Shown here in pieces: positions 47,523 through 58,296 of a stretch of 64,000 nt of DNA. The number at the start of each line of letters is the position of its first letter. Position 1 is the first letter of the stretch. The translations under genes were made by a program, and so were the position numbers. The notes beneath the pieces were generated by a model, which saw only the letters and a list, made by a program, of their open reading frames with translations, ran no database searches and was not told the origin of the DNA. This DNA is from Escherichia coli (GTDB lineage Bacteria; Pseudomonadota; Gammaproteobacteria; Enterobacterales; Enterobacteriaceae): NCBI RefSeq assembly GCF_050920415.1, contig NZ_CP169309.1; one strand, 5' to 3'.

Positions 47523-47813
47523 ATAAACCCCATAGCTACCGCACTCATGGTGCAAACCCTACAGAATTATAAGAAAGACTTAAGTGAGATATCCGTCAGA
47601 TAGCAACTATTAGGAAAATATTTATATACATTTCATGAATACATTCATTAATACCGAGATGTTTTTGTCTATATAAACAGAGCAAGCTAACGTCCTCACT
47701 CCATGAAAGAAACTACGTAGGGGCCTTTCGGTCCATAACAACTTTTTCCCTGTTATATCCTGACGTTCTGGTCTACTGGTGTAGTCATGCATATTGCAAC
47801 GTTCTACCCATGG

Positions 47814-47900
47814 AAAGATAAATAAAGCCAGCTCTCCGCAAGGACTGAAGCGAGGTGCTTTCTGTCCATAGCTGCTTTTCGCAACTTACTCCTTAACCCA
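47814..47900 (-). mobile_element. Short H-repeat (ISAs1-family) 3' remnant, direct repeat of 42972-43060
   Basis: ctctccgcaaggactgaagcgaggtgctttctgtccatagctgcttttcgcaacttactccttaaccc aligns with the 3' end of the 42972-43335 remnant; encodes ...[19 protein letters not shown]. Confidence 0.55.
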
Positions 47901-48055
47901 ACACTGAATTTCTTATGATTTGTCACAGTATGAACTTTTAATTTCATACATTGCTCTTTAGTCAATAGAAGAAAAATAAGCACCCTCTCCCAAACGACAC
48001 AAATAACCTGCAAATGGGAAATGACTTATTACTTAGAAATTTGCAGAGATATAAA

Positions 48056-48337
48056 TCACGAGATATATCCACCTTTTGAGTTAACAGTTACAGACGTTAT
48101 AACATTATCTTTTATCCAGATATCAACAAAAAAGTCCTTACCACAATAAAGACATTCACAATATCCTTCAGAGATAAAGTTGTCCTTAAGTTTATTTCTG
48201 GTTATATTAATAAGTTTATCGCCAGGATTGTAATGTACTAAATTTCCAGATGGCACAAACATCTCAATTTCACACTGTCCTGACGTTCCACATCGAGGGC
48301 AAACGCACCATGCTTTCAATAAATCATAATTCGACAT
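48056..48337 (-). CDS. Small Cys-rich hypothetical protein (possible zinc ribbon)
   Basis: 93 aa with CPRCG and CECLYCG; AAGGT RBS upstream of the ATG at 48337; AT-rich. Confidence 0.5.
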   Translation of the reverse strand: MSNYDLLKAWCVCPRCGTSGQCEIEMFVPSGNLVHYNPGDKLINITRNKLKDNFISEGYCECLYCGKDFFVDIWIKDNVITSVTVNSKGGYIS

Positions 48338-48387
48338 TATATTACCTTAATTTATTTCACATCAGCATCCCCCCTTGCAAACCACAA

Positions 48388-48744
48388 CTAAACTATTCCC
48401 ATAAAATACAACGAGATAATTTTACTGTTAAACGTACATTCACAAAACTCAGGGGAAGAAAAATGACCATCAGTCAAAAATAAAGATAGTTTGCTTAGTG
48501 CGTAATCAATTGAATCAAGCGACAAGTATAATTTTATTACTAGTGAGTTCTGTATCAGGACATCATTTTCATTGGGGGATTGTAAAAGTAATAAATTTTT
48601 ATACGCTACAGGTGATCTGTTTTCCAGTCTAATAGGTTTGCTTGCTTCCGTCTCCAATAAACTATAAAGAGCACAAACCATCTCATGAGCATCATCTTTC
48701 TCAAAATGTAAATGAAACCCGCCCAGAGATTTATTAGCAATCAT
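48388..48744 (-). CDS. Hypothetical protein
   Basis: 118 aa ORF, weak RBS, AT-rich accessory context. Confidence 0.4.
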   Translation of the reverse strand: MIANKSLGGFHLHFEKDDAHEMVCALYSLLETEASKPIRLENRSPVAYKNLLLLQSPNENDVLIQNSLVIKLYLSLDSIDYALSKLSLFLTDGHFSSPEFCECTFNSKIISLYFMGIV

Positions 48745-48841
48745 AATACGTTTCTAAAGTTGATTTGAAATTTTGCATTTCATGCTCATCAAAAAAATAA
48801 ATATATTTTAACTACAAAGCAAACATCACAGCGCATAGCGG

Positions 48842-49057
48842 TTAATATTCTACCTTAACGACTTTCATTCCTCTTTCAATCATACCATTAATTAATTGAT
48901 AATACTCTTTATCCCCTACATCTACTATTAGAATATGTCCGGTAAGTTCATTGATGAATAAATACTCAGGTTCCTCATCTGTACCAGCATTTGAAATAAC
49001 CCAACCTGGATCAGTACCATCTATAAAAAACTCCCACTCTTTAAAATTAACACTCAT
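48842..49057 (-). CDS. Small acidic hypothetical protein (candidate orphan immunity protein)
   Basis: 71 aa; strong AAGGAGG RBS 6 nt upstream of the ATG. Confidence 0.5.
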   Translation of the reverse strand: MSVNFKEWEFFIDGTDPGWVISNAGTDEEPEYLFINELTGHILIVDVGDKEYYQLINGMIERGMKVVKVEY

Positions 49058-49169
49058 TTAATCCTCCTTTTTATACTCGCAAGAAAAGGAGAGTATCGTT
49101 TCTAACTCTGAAATAAAAGTATGATAAAAGACAGGACCTGGCCTCATTGAATGTTATTTCTCAATTCTT

Positions 49170-49275
49170 GATAGTTTTTGCCGGATGCGGCTTGAACGCT
49201 TATCTGGCCTACACAATCTTGCAAAATCAATATATTGCACGCTCTTCGTAGACCAGATAAGCGTAGCGCATCAGG
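49170..49275. repeat. REP-type palindromic repeat
   Basis: gccggatgcggc...gcttatctggcctac and its partner gtagaccagataagcgtagcgcatcaggc in inverted orientation. Confidence 0.5.
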
Positions 49276-49292
49276 CAATCTAACACCTGTCA

Positions 49293-51707
49293 TCACCCCG
49301 CAAACTGCCTGAACAGCGCCTTACCCTTAACCAGTCGCGCACCCAACCAGCCGCCGAAAAGCGACAGCAGCAGTGCACCGCTACAAGGCAGAACAATCCA
49401 CAATCGCCAGTCTGGCTCCCACGGGAAATCAAACACTTTTGATTGCAGTACCGCCAGTGCCGTTTCCGCACCAATTGCGGCCACCAGGCCGGAGACAAAC
49501 CCGAGCATGGCGAACTCACACCACAATGTCGTGCGCAGCAGTTTTTTGCCCGCACCGAGAGTGCGCCACACCACCAGCTCCTGATGACGCTGACGCATTC
49601 CCACCTGCACCTGTGCCAGCAACAGCAACATACCGCAGGCGGTGACCAGCACCACCATCACTTCCAGCGCCCGACTTACCTGCTCCAGCACCTGACCGAC
49701 CTGTTTTAAAATCGCGCCAATGTCTAACAGGCTAATGGTCGGGAACTGGCGGTTGAGTTGCGTCAACATGCCGTTGCCATTCTCCCAGCGGAAACTGGTA
49801 AGCCAGCTCTGCGGTTGCCCGTCTAATGCCCCTTCCGGGAAAATAAAATAGAAATTAGGCCGCAGACTTTCCCAGTCCACTTTGCGCAGGCTGGTCACTT
49901 TAGCGCGGAACTCCTGGGTATCGCCCATAAAGGTGACGGTATCGCCGAGGGTAACATTTAAGCGTTTCGCCAGCCCCTCTTCCATCGATACTTCATCGGC
50001 TTTTGGCGGCCAGTTACCAGCGACAATCGGATTATGATCGGGCCGCGTATTTTGCCAGGTGAGATTGAGTTCGCGGTTGAGCGCCTCATCTTCATTGCCT
50101 TCTGTCGGCTTGCCGTTAATCGCCGTCAGCCGCGCCCGCACCACCGGATAAAACGATTCCGGGACTATCTGATGTTCCGCGAGGAACGCTTTTAGCGGAG
50201 TAACCTGTTCTGTGGCGATGTTGATTAAAAAGTAGTTAGGACTTTCTGGCGGTAGCTGCTGTTGCCAGCGATCGAGCAGATCGCCACGCAACACCAGCAA
50301 CAGTGCCAGCAGCATAAAGGAGAGCGAAAATGCCGAAAGCTGGCTTAACGTTGACCACGGCTGACGTAACAGGCGGCTAACCGCCAGGCGCAGAGGCAGC
50401 GATTTCAGCGTCATGCGGCGAAGTACATTCAGCAGCATCCAGCCCAGGACACCGCACAGCAAAGCTAGTACTATCGCGCCCGCCAGCACCGCCCAGAGCA
50501 GCATACTGCCGCCCATCAGTCCGGCGAGCAGCAGCACAACCACCACACTGACAATCGGCAGATAAAACTTGAGCGGCCAGACGTTCGCTACCACATCATT
50601 ACGTAATACGCGTAAAGGCTGCGTTGCCAGCAACAAGCGGTACGGTCGTAGCCCCACCAGCAGCGAGATGACCGTCATGGTGCCAAGCGCCCACAGCCAT
50701 GGCCAGAGGCTGGCAGGCGGTAGTGCGGCAGGCAGAACGGGCTTGAGCAGTACCATCAACACGTTTTCGAACAACAGGCCTATCGCCCCGCCGGTAACGG
50801 CTGAAAGCGCCAGCACCATCAGCCACTGACCGACGATTAGCTTACGCAGTTGCGCTCGCCCAGCCCCCAGCGTTTTGAGGATCGCCACCAGATCGTAGCG
50901 ACTACGACAGTAATGATTCATCGCCACCGCCACCGCTGCCACTGCCAGCAGCAAGGTCAGAAGCGCCGAAAGCAGCAGAAACTGTTGCGAGCGTTCCATC
51001 GATCGCCCCAGCGCGCCTTCGTCCTGTTCCAGACCGTACCAGCGTTGTTCGGGTTTAAGCTGGGGTAACAACCATTTCTCATAGCCGTCGAGCTGGTTCT
51101 CGCTGCCGCCGAATTTATAGCGCCAGGTGACCCGACTCCCCGGCTGCACGGCTCCGGTTTTATCGACATCCGCCAGATTCATCATCAGACGCGGAGCCAT
51201 CTGGAAGGGGTTAAAACCGGAATCCGGTTCCTGAATCACTTCTCCGGCAATCCGCAAGGTGGCATCGCCCACGTCAATGGTGTCGCCTGTTTTCAGGTTA
51301 AGCAGTGCCATCAGGCGTGGGGCCAGCAATACGCTGCCCGCCTGCGGTTTCAGGCCAGGGGGATTGGTTTGCAGATCGCCATACATCGGGTAGATATCAT
51401 CCACCGCTTTAACATTCGCCAGCTGCGGCGTATCGCCCGCAAAAGTCATCGTGGCGAAAGTCAGCTGCTTGCCGACTTTCAGGCCGCGCTTTTGCGCTTC
51501 CTCCAGCCACGCTTGCGGCACTTCGCGTGAACTGCGCAACGCCCGATCGCCCGCCATAAACTCACGGCTTTGCTGGCTTAAGCCCTTCTCCATGCGATCG
51601 CTGATATTGCCCAGCGCCAGCACGCAGGCCACCGCCAGGCTTAGCGCCAGCCAGACAATTAATAGCGACGGCGAGCGCCATTCGCGCCAGAACCAACGTG
51701 CAATCAT
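49293..51707 (-). CDS. ybbP: ABC transporter permease (FtsX-like, duplicated)
   Basis: ORF 49293-51755; start at MIARWFWREW gives 804 aa and a 4-nt overlap with the ybbA stop. Confidence 0.9.
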   Translation of the reverse strand: MIARWFWREWRSPSLLIVWLALSLAVACVLALGNISDRMEKGLSQQSREFMAGDRALRSSREVPQAWLEEAQKRGLKVGKQLTFATMTFAGDTPQLANVKAVDDIYPMYGDLQTNPPGLKPQAGSVLLAPRLMALLNLKTGDTIDVGDATLRIAGEVIQEPDSGFNPFQMAPRLMMNLADVDKTGAVQPGSRVTWRYKFGGSENQLDGYEKWLLPQLKPEQRWYGLEQDEGALGRSMERSQQFLLLSALLTLLLAVAAVAVAMNHYCRSRYDLVAILKTLGAGRAQLRKLIVGQWLMVLALSAVTGGAIGLLFENVLMVLLKPVLPAALPPASLWPWLWALGTMTVISLLVGLRPYRLLLATQPLRVLRNDVVANVWPLKFYLPIVSVVVVLLLAGLMGGSMLLWAVLAGAIVLALLCGVLGWMLLNVLRRMTLKSLPLRLAVSRLLRQPWSTLSQLSAFSLSFMLLALLLVLRGDLLDRWQQQLPPESPNYFLINIATEQVTPLKAFLAEHQIVPESFYPVVRARLTAINGKPTEGNEDEALNRELNLTWQNTRPDHNPIVAGNWPPKADEVSMEEGLAKRLNVTLGDTVTFMGDTQEFRAKVTSLRKVDWESLRPNFYFIFPEGALDGQPQSWLTSFRWENGNGMLTQLNRQFPTISLLDIGAILKQVGQVLEQVSRALEVMVVLVTACGMLLLLAQVQVGMRQRHQELVVWRTLGAGKKLLRTTLWCEFAMLGFVSGLVAAIGAETALAVLQSKVFDFPWEPDWRLWIVLPCSGALLLSLFGGWLGARLVKGKALFRQFAG

Positions 51708-52390
51708 GCTTCCTCCTGCAACTGCCCGTTCACCAGCCGTAAGCAGCGGTCGCAACGTGCCGCCAGTTGAAGGTCGTGGGTCACCATAATCAACGTGGTG
51801 CCATGTTCACGGTTGAGAGAAAACAGCAGGTCGGCAATTTTATCGCCTGTCTGGCGGTCAAGGTTGCCGGTGGGTTCGTCGGCAAACAGCACATCAGGCC
51901 GACCGTTAAAGGCACGCGCCAGCGCCACTCGTTGCTGTTCGCCGCCGGAAAGCTGTGCCGGAAGATGATCAAGACGTTTACCCAGCCCTAACTGTTCGAG
52001 CAACGCTTTCGCCCCATTACGACTTTCCACGCTACTCTCACCGCGCAGCAGCGCCGGAAGCTCGACGTTTTCCAGCGCGTTAAGGGTAGGAATTAACATA
52101 AATGACTGAAAAACAAAGCCTACGTGCTTCGCGCGCAACTTTGCCCGCGCTTCTTCGTCCATATTATGTAGCGGTTGTCCCACCAGATTTACTTCGCCAC
52201 TGCTGCCGTCATCCAGTCCGGCGAGGATCGCCAGCAACGTTGACTTACCCGATCCCGACTCGCCTACCAGCGCGATGGTCTCGCCACGTTTGACAACCAG
52301 CTCAACTCCGGTGAGGATGGAGAGTTCATGCTCCCCCTGACCGACGGACTTCTTAAGATGATGAACTTCAACAATGTTTTCCGCTGGCAT
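51704..52390 (-). CDS. ybbA: ABC transporter ATP-binding protein
   Basis: 228 aa with Walker A GESGSGKST and signature LSGGEQQR. Confidence 0.9.
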   Translation of the reverse strand: MPAENIVEVHHLKKSVGQGEHELSILTGVELVVKRGETIALVGESGSGKSTLLAILAGLDDGSSGEVNLVGQPLHNMDEEARAKLRAKHVGFVFQSFMLIPTLNALENVELPALLRGESSVESRNGAKALLEQLGLGKRLDHLPAQLSGGEQQRVALARAFNGRPDVLFADEPTGNLDRQTGDKIADLLFSLNREHGTTLIMVTHDLQLAARCDRCLRLVNGQLQEEA

Positions 52391-52984
52391 TTGCCCTTCC
52401 TGTTCCTGGTCCTGTTAACCTTCCGTGCCGCCGCAGCGGACACGTTATTGATTCTGGGTGATAGCCTGAGCGCCGGGTATCGAATGTCTGCCAGCGCGGC
52501 CTGGCCTGCCTTGTTGAATGATAAGTGGCAGAGTAAAACGTCGGTAGTCAATGCCAGCATCAGCGGCGACACCTCGCAACAAGGGCTGGCGCGCCTTCCG
52601 GCTCTGCTGAAACAGCATCAGCCGCGCTGGGTGCTGGTAGAACTGGGCGGCAATGACGGTTTGCGTGGTTTTCAGCCACAGCAAACCGAGCAAACGCTGC
52701 GCCAGATTTTGCAGGATGTCAAAGCCGCCAACGCTGAACCATTGTTAATGCAAATACGTCTGCCTGCAAACTATGGTCGCCGTTATAATGAAGCCTTTAG
52801 CGCCATTTACCCCAAACTCGCCAAAGAGTTTGATGTTCCGCTGCTGCCCTTTTTTATGGAAGAGGTCTACCTCAAGCCACAATGGATGCAGGATGACGGT
52901 ATTCATCCCAACCGCGACGCCCAGCCGTTTATTGCCGACTGGATGGCGAAGCAGTTGCAGCCTTTAGTAAATCATGACTCATAA
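52358..52984 (+). CDS. tesA: Acyl-CoA thioesterase I / lysophospholipase L1 (SGNH hydrolase)
   Basis: ORF 52328-52984; start at MMNFNNVFRW; GDSLSAGY catalytic block. Confidence 0.9.
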   Translation: MMNFNNVFRWHLPFLFLVLLTFRAAAADTLLILGDSLSAGYRMSASAAWPALLNDKWQSKTSVVNASISGDTSQQGLARLPALLKQHQPRWVLVELGGNDGLRGFQPQQTEQTLRQILQDVKAANAEPLLMQIRLPANYGRRYNEAFSAIYPKLAKEFDVPLLPFFMEEVYLKPQWMQDDGIHPNRDAQPFIADWMAKQLQPLVNHDS

Positions 52985-53783
52985 AGCAACGGAGATCCTG
53001 ACAGGTAAAGTTATGCAAAAATCGGTCTTAATTACCGGATGTTCCAGTGGAATTGGCCTGGAAAGCGCGCTCGAATTAAAACGCCAGGGTTTTCATGTGC
53101 TGGCAGGTTGCCGGAAACCGGATGATGTTGAGCGCATGAACAGCATGGGATTTACCGGCGTGTTGATCGATCTGGATTCGCCAGAAAGTGTTGATCGCGC
53201 AGCCGATGAAGTGATCGCCCTGACCGATAATTGTCTGTATGGGATCTTTAACAATGCCGGCTTCGGCATGTATGGCCCCCTTTCCACCATCAGCCGCGCG
53301 CAGATGGAACAGCAGTTTTCTGCCAACTTTTTCGGCGCACACCAACTCACCATGCGCCTGTTACCCGCGATGTTACCGCACGGTGAAGGGCGTATTGTGA
53401 TGACCTCATCGGTGATGGGATTAATCTCCACGCCGGGTCGCGGCGCTTACGCAGCCAGTAAATATGCGCTGGAGGCGTGGTCGGATGCGCTGCGCATGGA
53501 GCTGCGCCACAGCGGAATTAAAGTTAGCCTGATCGAACCCGGTCCCATTCGTACTCGCTTCACCGACAACGTCAACCAGACACAAAGCGATAAACCGGTC
53601 GAAAATCCCGGCATCGCCGCCCGCTTTACGTTGGGGCCGGAAGCGGTGGTCGACAAAGTGCGCCATGCTTTTATTAGCGAGAAACCGAAGATGCGCTATC
53701 CGGTAACGCTGGTGACCTGGGCGGTAATGGTGCTCAAGCGCCTGCTGCCGGGGCGCGTGATGGACAAAATATTGCAGGGGTGA
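52974..53783 (+). CDS. ybbO: Short-chain dehydrogenase/reductase
   Basis: 269 aa; TGCSSGIG cofactor motif and YAASK active site. Confidence 0.85.
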   Translation: MTHKATEILTGKVMQKSVLITGCSSGIGLESALELKRQGFHVLAGCRKPDDVERMNSMGFTGVLIDLDSPESVDRAADEVIALTDNCLYGIFNNAGFGMYGPLSTISRAQMEQQFSANFFGAHQLTMRLLPAMLPHGEGRIVMTSSVMGLISTPGRGAYAASKYALEAWSDALRMELRHSGIKVSLIEPGPIRTRFTDNVNQTQSDKPVENPGIAARFTLGPEAVVDKVRHAFISEKPKMRYPVTLVTWAVMVLKRLLPGRVMDKILQG

Positions 53784-53801
53784 GTTGAAGCGCGCGCTTA
53801 A

Positions 53802-54698
<897 letters not shown>

Positions 54699-54729
54699 TT
54701 TTCCGTTGAAATGCGATGCTGTGCTGGTT

Positions 54730-54875
54730 TGTAGGCCTGATAAGACGCGCCAGCGTCGCATCAGGCATCCGCGCATAGCCGCCGGATGCGGCGTGAACGC
54801 CTTATCCGGCCTACCAAACCGTGCTAATTCAATACATTGCAGGTGCCATGTAGGTCTGATAAGACGCATCAGGCA
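54730..54875. repeat. REP/BIME-type intergenic repeats
   Basis: Multiple gcctgataagacgc...gcatcaggc and gccggatgcggcgtgaacgccttatccgg units. Confidence 0.6.
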
Positions 54876-54880
54876 TCGCA

Positions 54881-55660
54881 TTATTTCTTCTTCAATTGCG
54901 TCACCACCAACTGGTGGCGCGAATTATAAAACTTACGATAGGTTAAATAGCAGGCAATAATGGTCGACAAGCTGGCGGTGGAGAGCAGCATAAAGGTCAC
55001 CATAATCTGATATTTAATCGCCTTCACCGGATCAATCCCGGCAAATATCAGCCCGGACATCATTCCCGGTAAACTCACTAAGCCAACCGTTTTTGCTGAA
55101 TCGACCGTCGGAATTAAAGCCGCGCGAATACTGTCGCGAATCAATATCGCTGAAGCCTGTTTCGGCGTCGCGCCAAGACTCAGTTTCTCCTGAATCTGTT
55201 GTTGTTCGCTAATGACCCGTTGCCCTAAATTGTTGTAACACAGCCCTACCGCGACCATCGCGTTACCGGCAATCATCCCGGCAATAGGAATCACTTGCAT
55301 CGGGATAAACTCAATCGACCCTGAGAGTATCAGCACCGCCAGGGTAATTCCCGCCCCGACCGTAATAGCAATAAACGATGAAACAAAGGCTTTAGCAATA
55401 TATTTACTGCGTTTTTGCGCATTCCACGCCGCATTAAAGCAGATAAATAACACCATCAATAATGTCAGGCTGGCATCATCCACGCTGAAAATATACTTCA
55501 GCACATAGCCGACAATAATCAGCTGAATTATCGCCCGCCCGACGCTCCAGAGAATATCTTTCTCCAGCGCCAGTTTTTCTTTATGGCTAATTAAGATTGC
55601 TACCACCACCAGCATTAATGCCAGTGCCAATGATTCGTTAGTAATATTATGCGAGTTCAT
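54881..55660 (-). CDS. fetB: Iron export ABC transporter permease
   Basis: ORF 54881-55687; start at MNSHNITNESLA gives 259 aa. Confidence 0.85.
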   Translation of the reverse strand: MNSHNITNESLALALMLVVVAILISHKEKLALEKDILWSVGRAIIQLIIVGYVLKYIFSVDDASLTLLMVLFICFNAAWNAQKRSKYIAKAFVSSFIAITVGAGITLAVLILSGSIEFIPMQVIPIAGMIAGNAMVAVGLCYNNLGQRVISEQQQIQEKLSLGATPKQASAILIRDSIRAALIPTVDSAKTVGLVSLPGMMSGLIFAGIDPVKAIKYQIMVTFMLLSTASLSTIIACYLTYRKFYNSRHQLVVTQLKKK

Positions 55661-56324
55661 AGCGTGCTTCCTGCATTTCTCCGGCATGCGGTTGCAGTGT
55701 AATCACTTTATCCGCATGATTAATTTCGTCTTTATCGTGTGTCACCCACAGCACGGCAATATTTTGCTCGCGCACATAACGGTGGATCATCTCATTAACG
55801 TTATGTTTATTACTTTCATCCAGTGCACTGGTGATTTCATCCAGCAATAATACCTTTGGCATAAATTGCAGGTTACGAATCAATGAGATGCGTTGTTTTT
55901 CACCACCAGATAGCTCGGCGATATTCTTTGTCAAAATGCTGTCCGGCAAAGCGAAGCGTTCGAGAAAATCGAGAAAAATGGCTGGGTCAGGCTGCTGGTT
56001 ACGGATCTGCCAGGGAAAGATCAGATTATCGTATACCGTATCGCCAAACAGCGTCGGCGTCTGGGCGCAGTAAGATACTTGCTGGCGGTAGATTTCTGGC
56101 TTGAGTGTACTGACATCCTCACCTTCAAACAGCAACGTTCCGCTGGTTGGGCTGATTAATGAAGCAACAATTTTCAGCAGCGTACTTTTGCCACAACCGG
56201 AAGGGCCGGTAATTAACTTAAATTCGCCAGCACGTAGCGAAAAATTGATGTTATTAAGAATCTTCGTATCACCCGCCAGATATCCTACGTTTTGTAGCTG
56301 AAGCAAAGGACTATTTTCCTGCAT
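55647..56324 (-). CDS. fetA: Iron export ABC transporter ATP-binding protein
   Basis: 225 aa; Walker A GPSGCGKST, signature LSGGEKQR. Confidence 0.9.
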   Translation of the reverse strand: MQENSPLLQLQNVGYLAGDTKILNNINFSLRAGEFKLITGPSGCGKSTLLKIVASLISPTSGTLLFEGEDVSTLKPEIYRQQVSYCAQTPTLFGDTVYDNLIFPWQIRNQQPDPAIFLDFLERFALPDSILTKNIAELSGGEKQRISLIRNLQFMPKVLLLDEITSALDESNKHNVNEMIHRYVREQNIAVLWVTHDKDEINHADKVITLQPHAGEMQEARYELA

Positions 56325-56469
56325 CGCTGTTCCCTTTTTCTGATTTTTACTAAAAACAGTTTATCCTTCGCAGGAATAAGGGGGAACTCTCTTTCAGTAA
56401 TCAGGTATAATTTGTTTAATCAAGCAGCAATTTTGCTGATTATGGACGGTACAACAGGAGGTTTTTCCG

Positions 56470-57387
56470 ATGCTTATCTTTATCCCGATTCTCATTTTTG
56501 TCGCGCTGGTCATTGTTGGCGCGGGCGTCAAAATCGTGCCGCAGGGCTATCAGTGGACAGTAGAACGTTTTGGTCGCTATACCAAAACGTTACAGCCAGG
56601 GCTAAGTCTGGTGGTGCCGTTTATGGATCGCATTGGTCGCAAGATCAATATGATGGAGCAAGTGCTCGATATCCCTTCCCAGGAAGTTATCTCGAAAGAT
56701 AACGCCAACGTTACCATCGACGCCGTGTGCTTTATTCAGGTGATTGATGCCCCGCGCGCGGCTTATGAAGTCAGCAATCTGGAGCTGGCGATCATCAATC
56801 TGACCATGACTAACATCCGTACCGTACTGGGTTCAATGGAACTTGACGAAATGCTCTCCCAGCGCGACAGCATCAACTCACGCCTGCTGCGTATTGTCGA
56901 TGAGGCCACCAACCCGTGGGGGATTAAAGTCACCCGTATTGAAATTCGCGACGTGCGCCCACCGGCAGAGCTTATCTCTTCAATGAACGCGCAGATGAAA
57001 GCGGAACGTACCAAACGCGCTTACATCCTTGAAGCGGAAGGGATCCGTCAGGCGGAAATCCTCAAAGCCGAAGGTGAAAAACAGTCGCAAATCCTGAAAG
57101 CGGAAGGTGAGCGTCAGTCGGCATTTTTGCAAGCTGAAGCGCGTGAACGTTCCGCCGAAGCAGAAGCCCGTGCCACTAAAATGGTGTCGGAAGCCATCGC
57201 CTCTGGTGATATTCAGGCAGTGAACTACTTCGTCGCACAGAAATACACCGAAGCGTTACAGCAGATCGGTTCATCCAGTAACAGCAAAGTAGTGATGATG
57301 CCATTAGAGGCCAGCAGCCTGATGGGGTCGATTGCCGGGATTGCCGAGCTGGTGAAAGACAGCGCCAACAAACGGACTCAGCCATGA
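56470..57387 (+). CDS. qmcA: SPFH/band-7 (stomatin-like) membrane protein
   Basis: 305 aa with N-terminal TM segment and SPFH domain. Confidence 0.9.
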   Translation: MLIFIPILIFVALVIVGAGVKIVPQGYQWTVERFGRYTKTLQPGLSLVVPFMDRIGRKINMMEQVLDIPSQEVISKDNANVTIDAVCFIQVIDAPRAAYEVSNLELAIINLTMTNIRTVLGSMELDEMLSQRDSINSRLLRIVDEATNPWGIKVTRIEIRDVRPPAELISSMNAQMKAERTKRAYILEAEGIRQAEILKAEGEKQSQILKAEGERQSAFLQAEARERSAEAEARATKMVSEAIASGDIQAVNYFVAQKYTEALQQIGSSSNSKVVMMPLEASSLMGSIAGIAELVKDSANKRTQP

Positions 57388-57842
57388 TGGAGTTAATGGT
57401 CGTTCATCCACATATTTTCTGGCTCAGTCTCGGCGGGTTGTTGCTGGCAGCCGAGATGTTGGGCGGAAATGGTTATCTGTTGTGGAGCGGCGTGGCAGCG
57501 GTGATTACCGGCCTGGTGGTCTGGCTGGTGCCGCTGGGTTGGGAGTGGCAAGGGGTGATGTTTGCCGTCCTGACGCTGCTCGCCGCCTGGTTGTGGTGGA
57601 AATGGCTGGCACGAGGCGTGCGCGAACAAAAGCACAGTGACAGTCATTTAAACCAGCGCGGGCAGCAGCTTATTGGCCGACGTTTTGTGCTGGAATCTCC
57701 GCTGGTCAACGGGCGCGGTCATATGCGCGTCGGTGACAGTTCATGGCCTGTCAGCGCCAGCGAGGATCTCGGCGCAGGTACGCATGTTGAGGTGATTGCG
57801 ATAGAAGGGATAACGCTGATTATCCGTGCGGTCATCGCCTGA
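57384..57842 (+). CDS. ybbJ: NfeD-like membrane protein partner of QmcA
   Basis: 152 aa; 4-nt overlap with qmcA. Confidence 0.85.
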   Translation: MMELMVVHPHIFWLSLGGLLLAAEMLGGNGYLLWSGVAAVITGLVVWLVPLGWEWQGVMFAVLTLLAAWLWWKWLARGVREQKHSDSHLNQRGQQLIGRRFVLESPLVNGRGHMRVGDSSWPVSASEDLGAGTHVEVIAIEGITLIIRAVIA

Positions 57843-57920
57843 CGCGTCTTATCACACCCGGAAATCTGTACTAAAAATCATGCCGGATAAGGCGTTTACG
57901 CCGCATCCGGCATATAGCCG
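57843..57920. repeat. REP-type palindromic repeat
   Basis: gccggataaggcgtttacgccgcatccggc palindromic unit. Confidence 0.5.
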
Positions 57921-57933
57921 AGTAGTGGCAAAA

Positions 57934-58296
57934 TTACTCTTCCCGGCCTTTCCCCATACTTTTTTGGTCTTCATCCGGATAGTGTTTTTTTAGATATTCC
58001 AGGACGTTTTTATTGACCTTGTGTTGCGTATACACCCACCCTTTCCAGTAATCAGGCTGGTCCAGATAAACTTCTGGCGGAATGGTGAAATCAGAAAGCG
58101 TTAACCATTCGGCTAACAGATCGGGGTTTCGCTTCTGGATCAACTGCAACAGCATGATCAGCGACATGGCAGAGGCAGGAGCCGTACTATCGCCACTTAA
58201 ATATTTCCACACCGTTGATCGGTTCGAACGAAAAAGGATGGGAAGCAGCGCCCGGTCCAGATTCATTTCATTAAAAATCTTCTCAAATTCATTCAT
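57934..58296 (-). CDS. Hypothetical protein, 120 aa
   Basis: ORF divergent from the adhesin-like gene, with a 365 bp AT-rich shared upstream region. Confidence 0.5.
   Translation of the reverse strand: MNEFEKIFNEMNLDRALLPILFRSNRSTVWKYLSGDSTAPASAMSLIMLLQLIQKRNPDLLAEWLTLSDFTIPPEVYLDQPDYWKGWVYTQHKVNKNVLEYLKKHYPDEDQKSMGKGREE

Noticed and set aside
47804-48013. 69 aa ORF upstream of vgrG as an independent gene
   Set aside because: Its C-terminal 27 residues are the tail of an H-repeat transposase and the rest has no support; interpreted as an IS remnant, not a gene.
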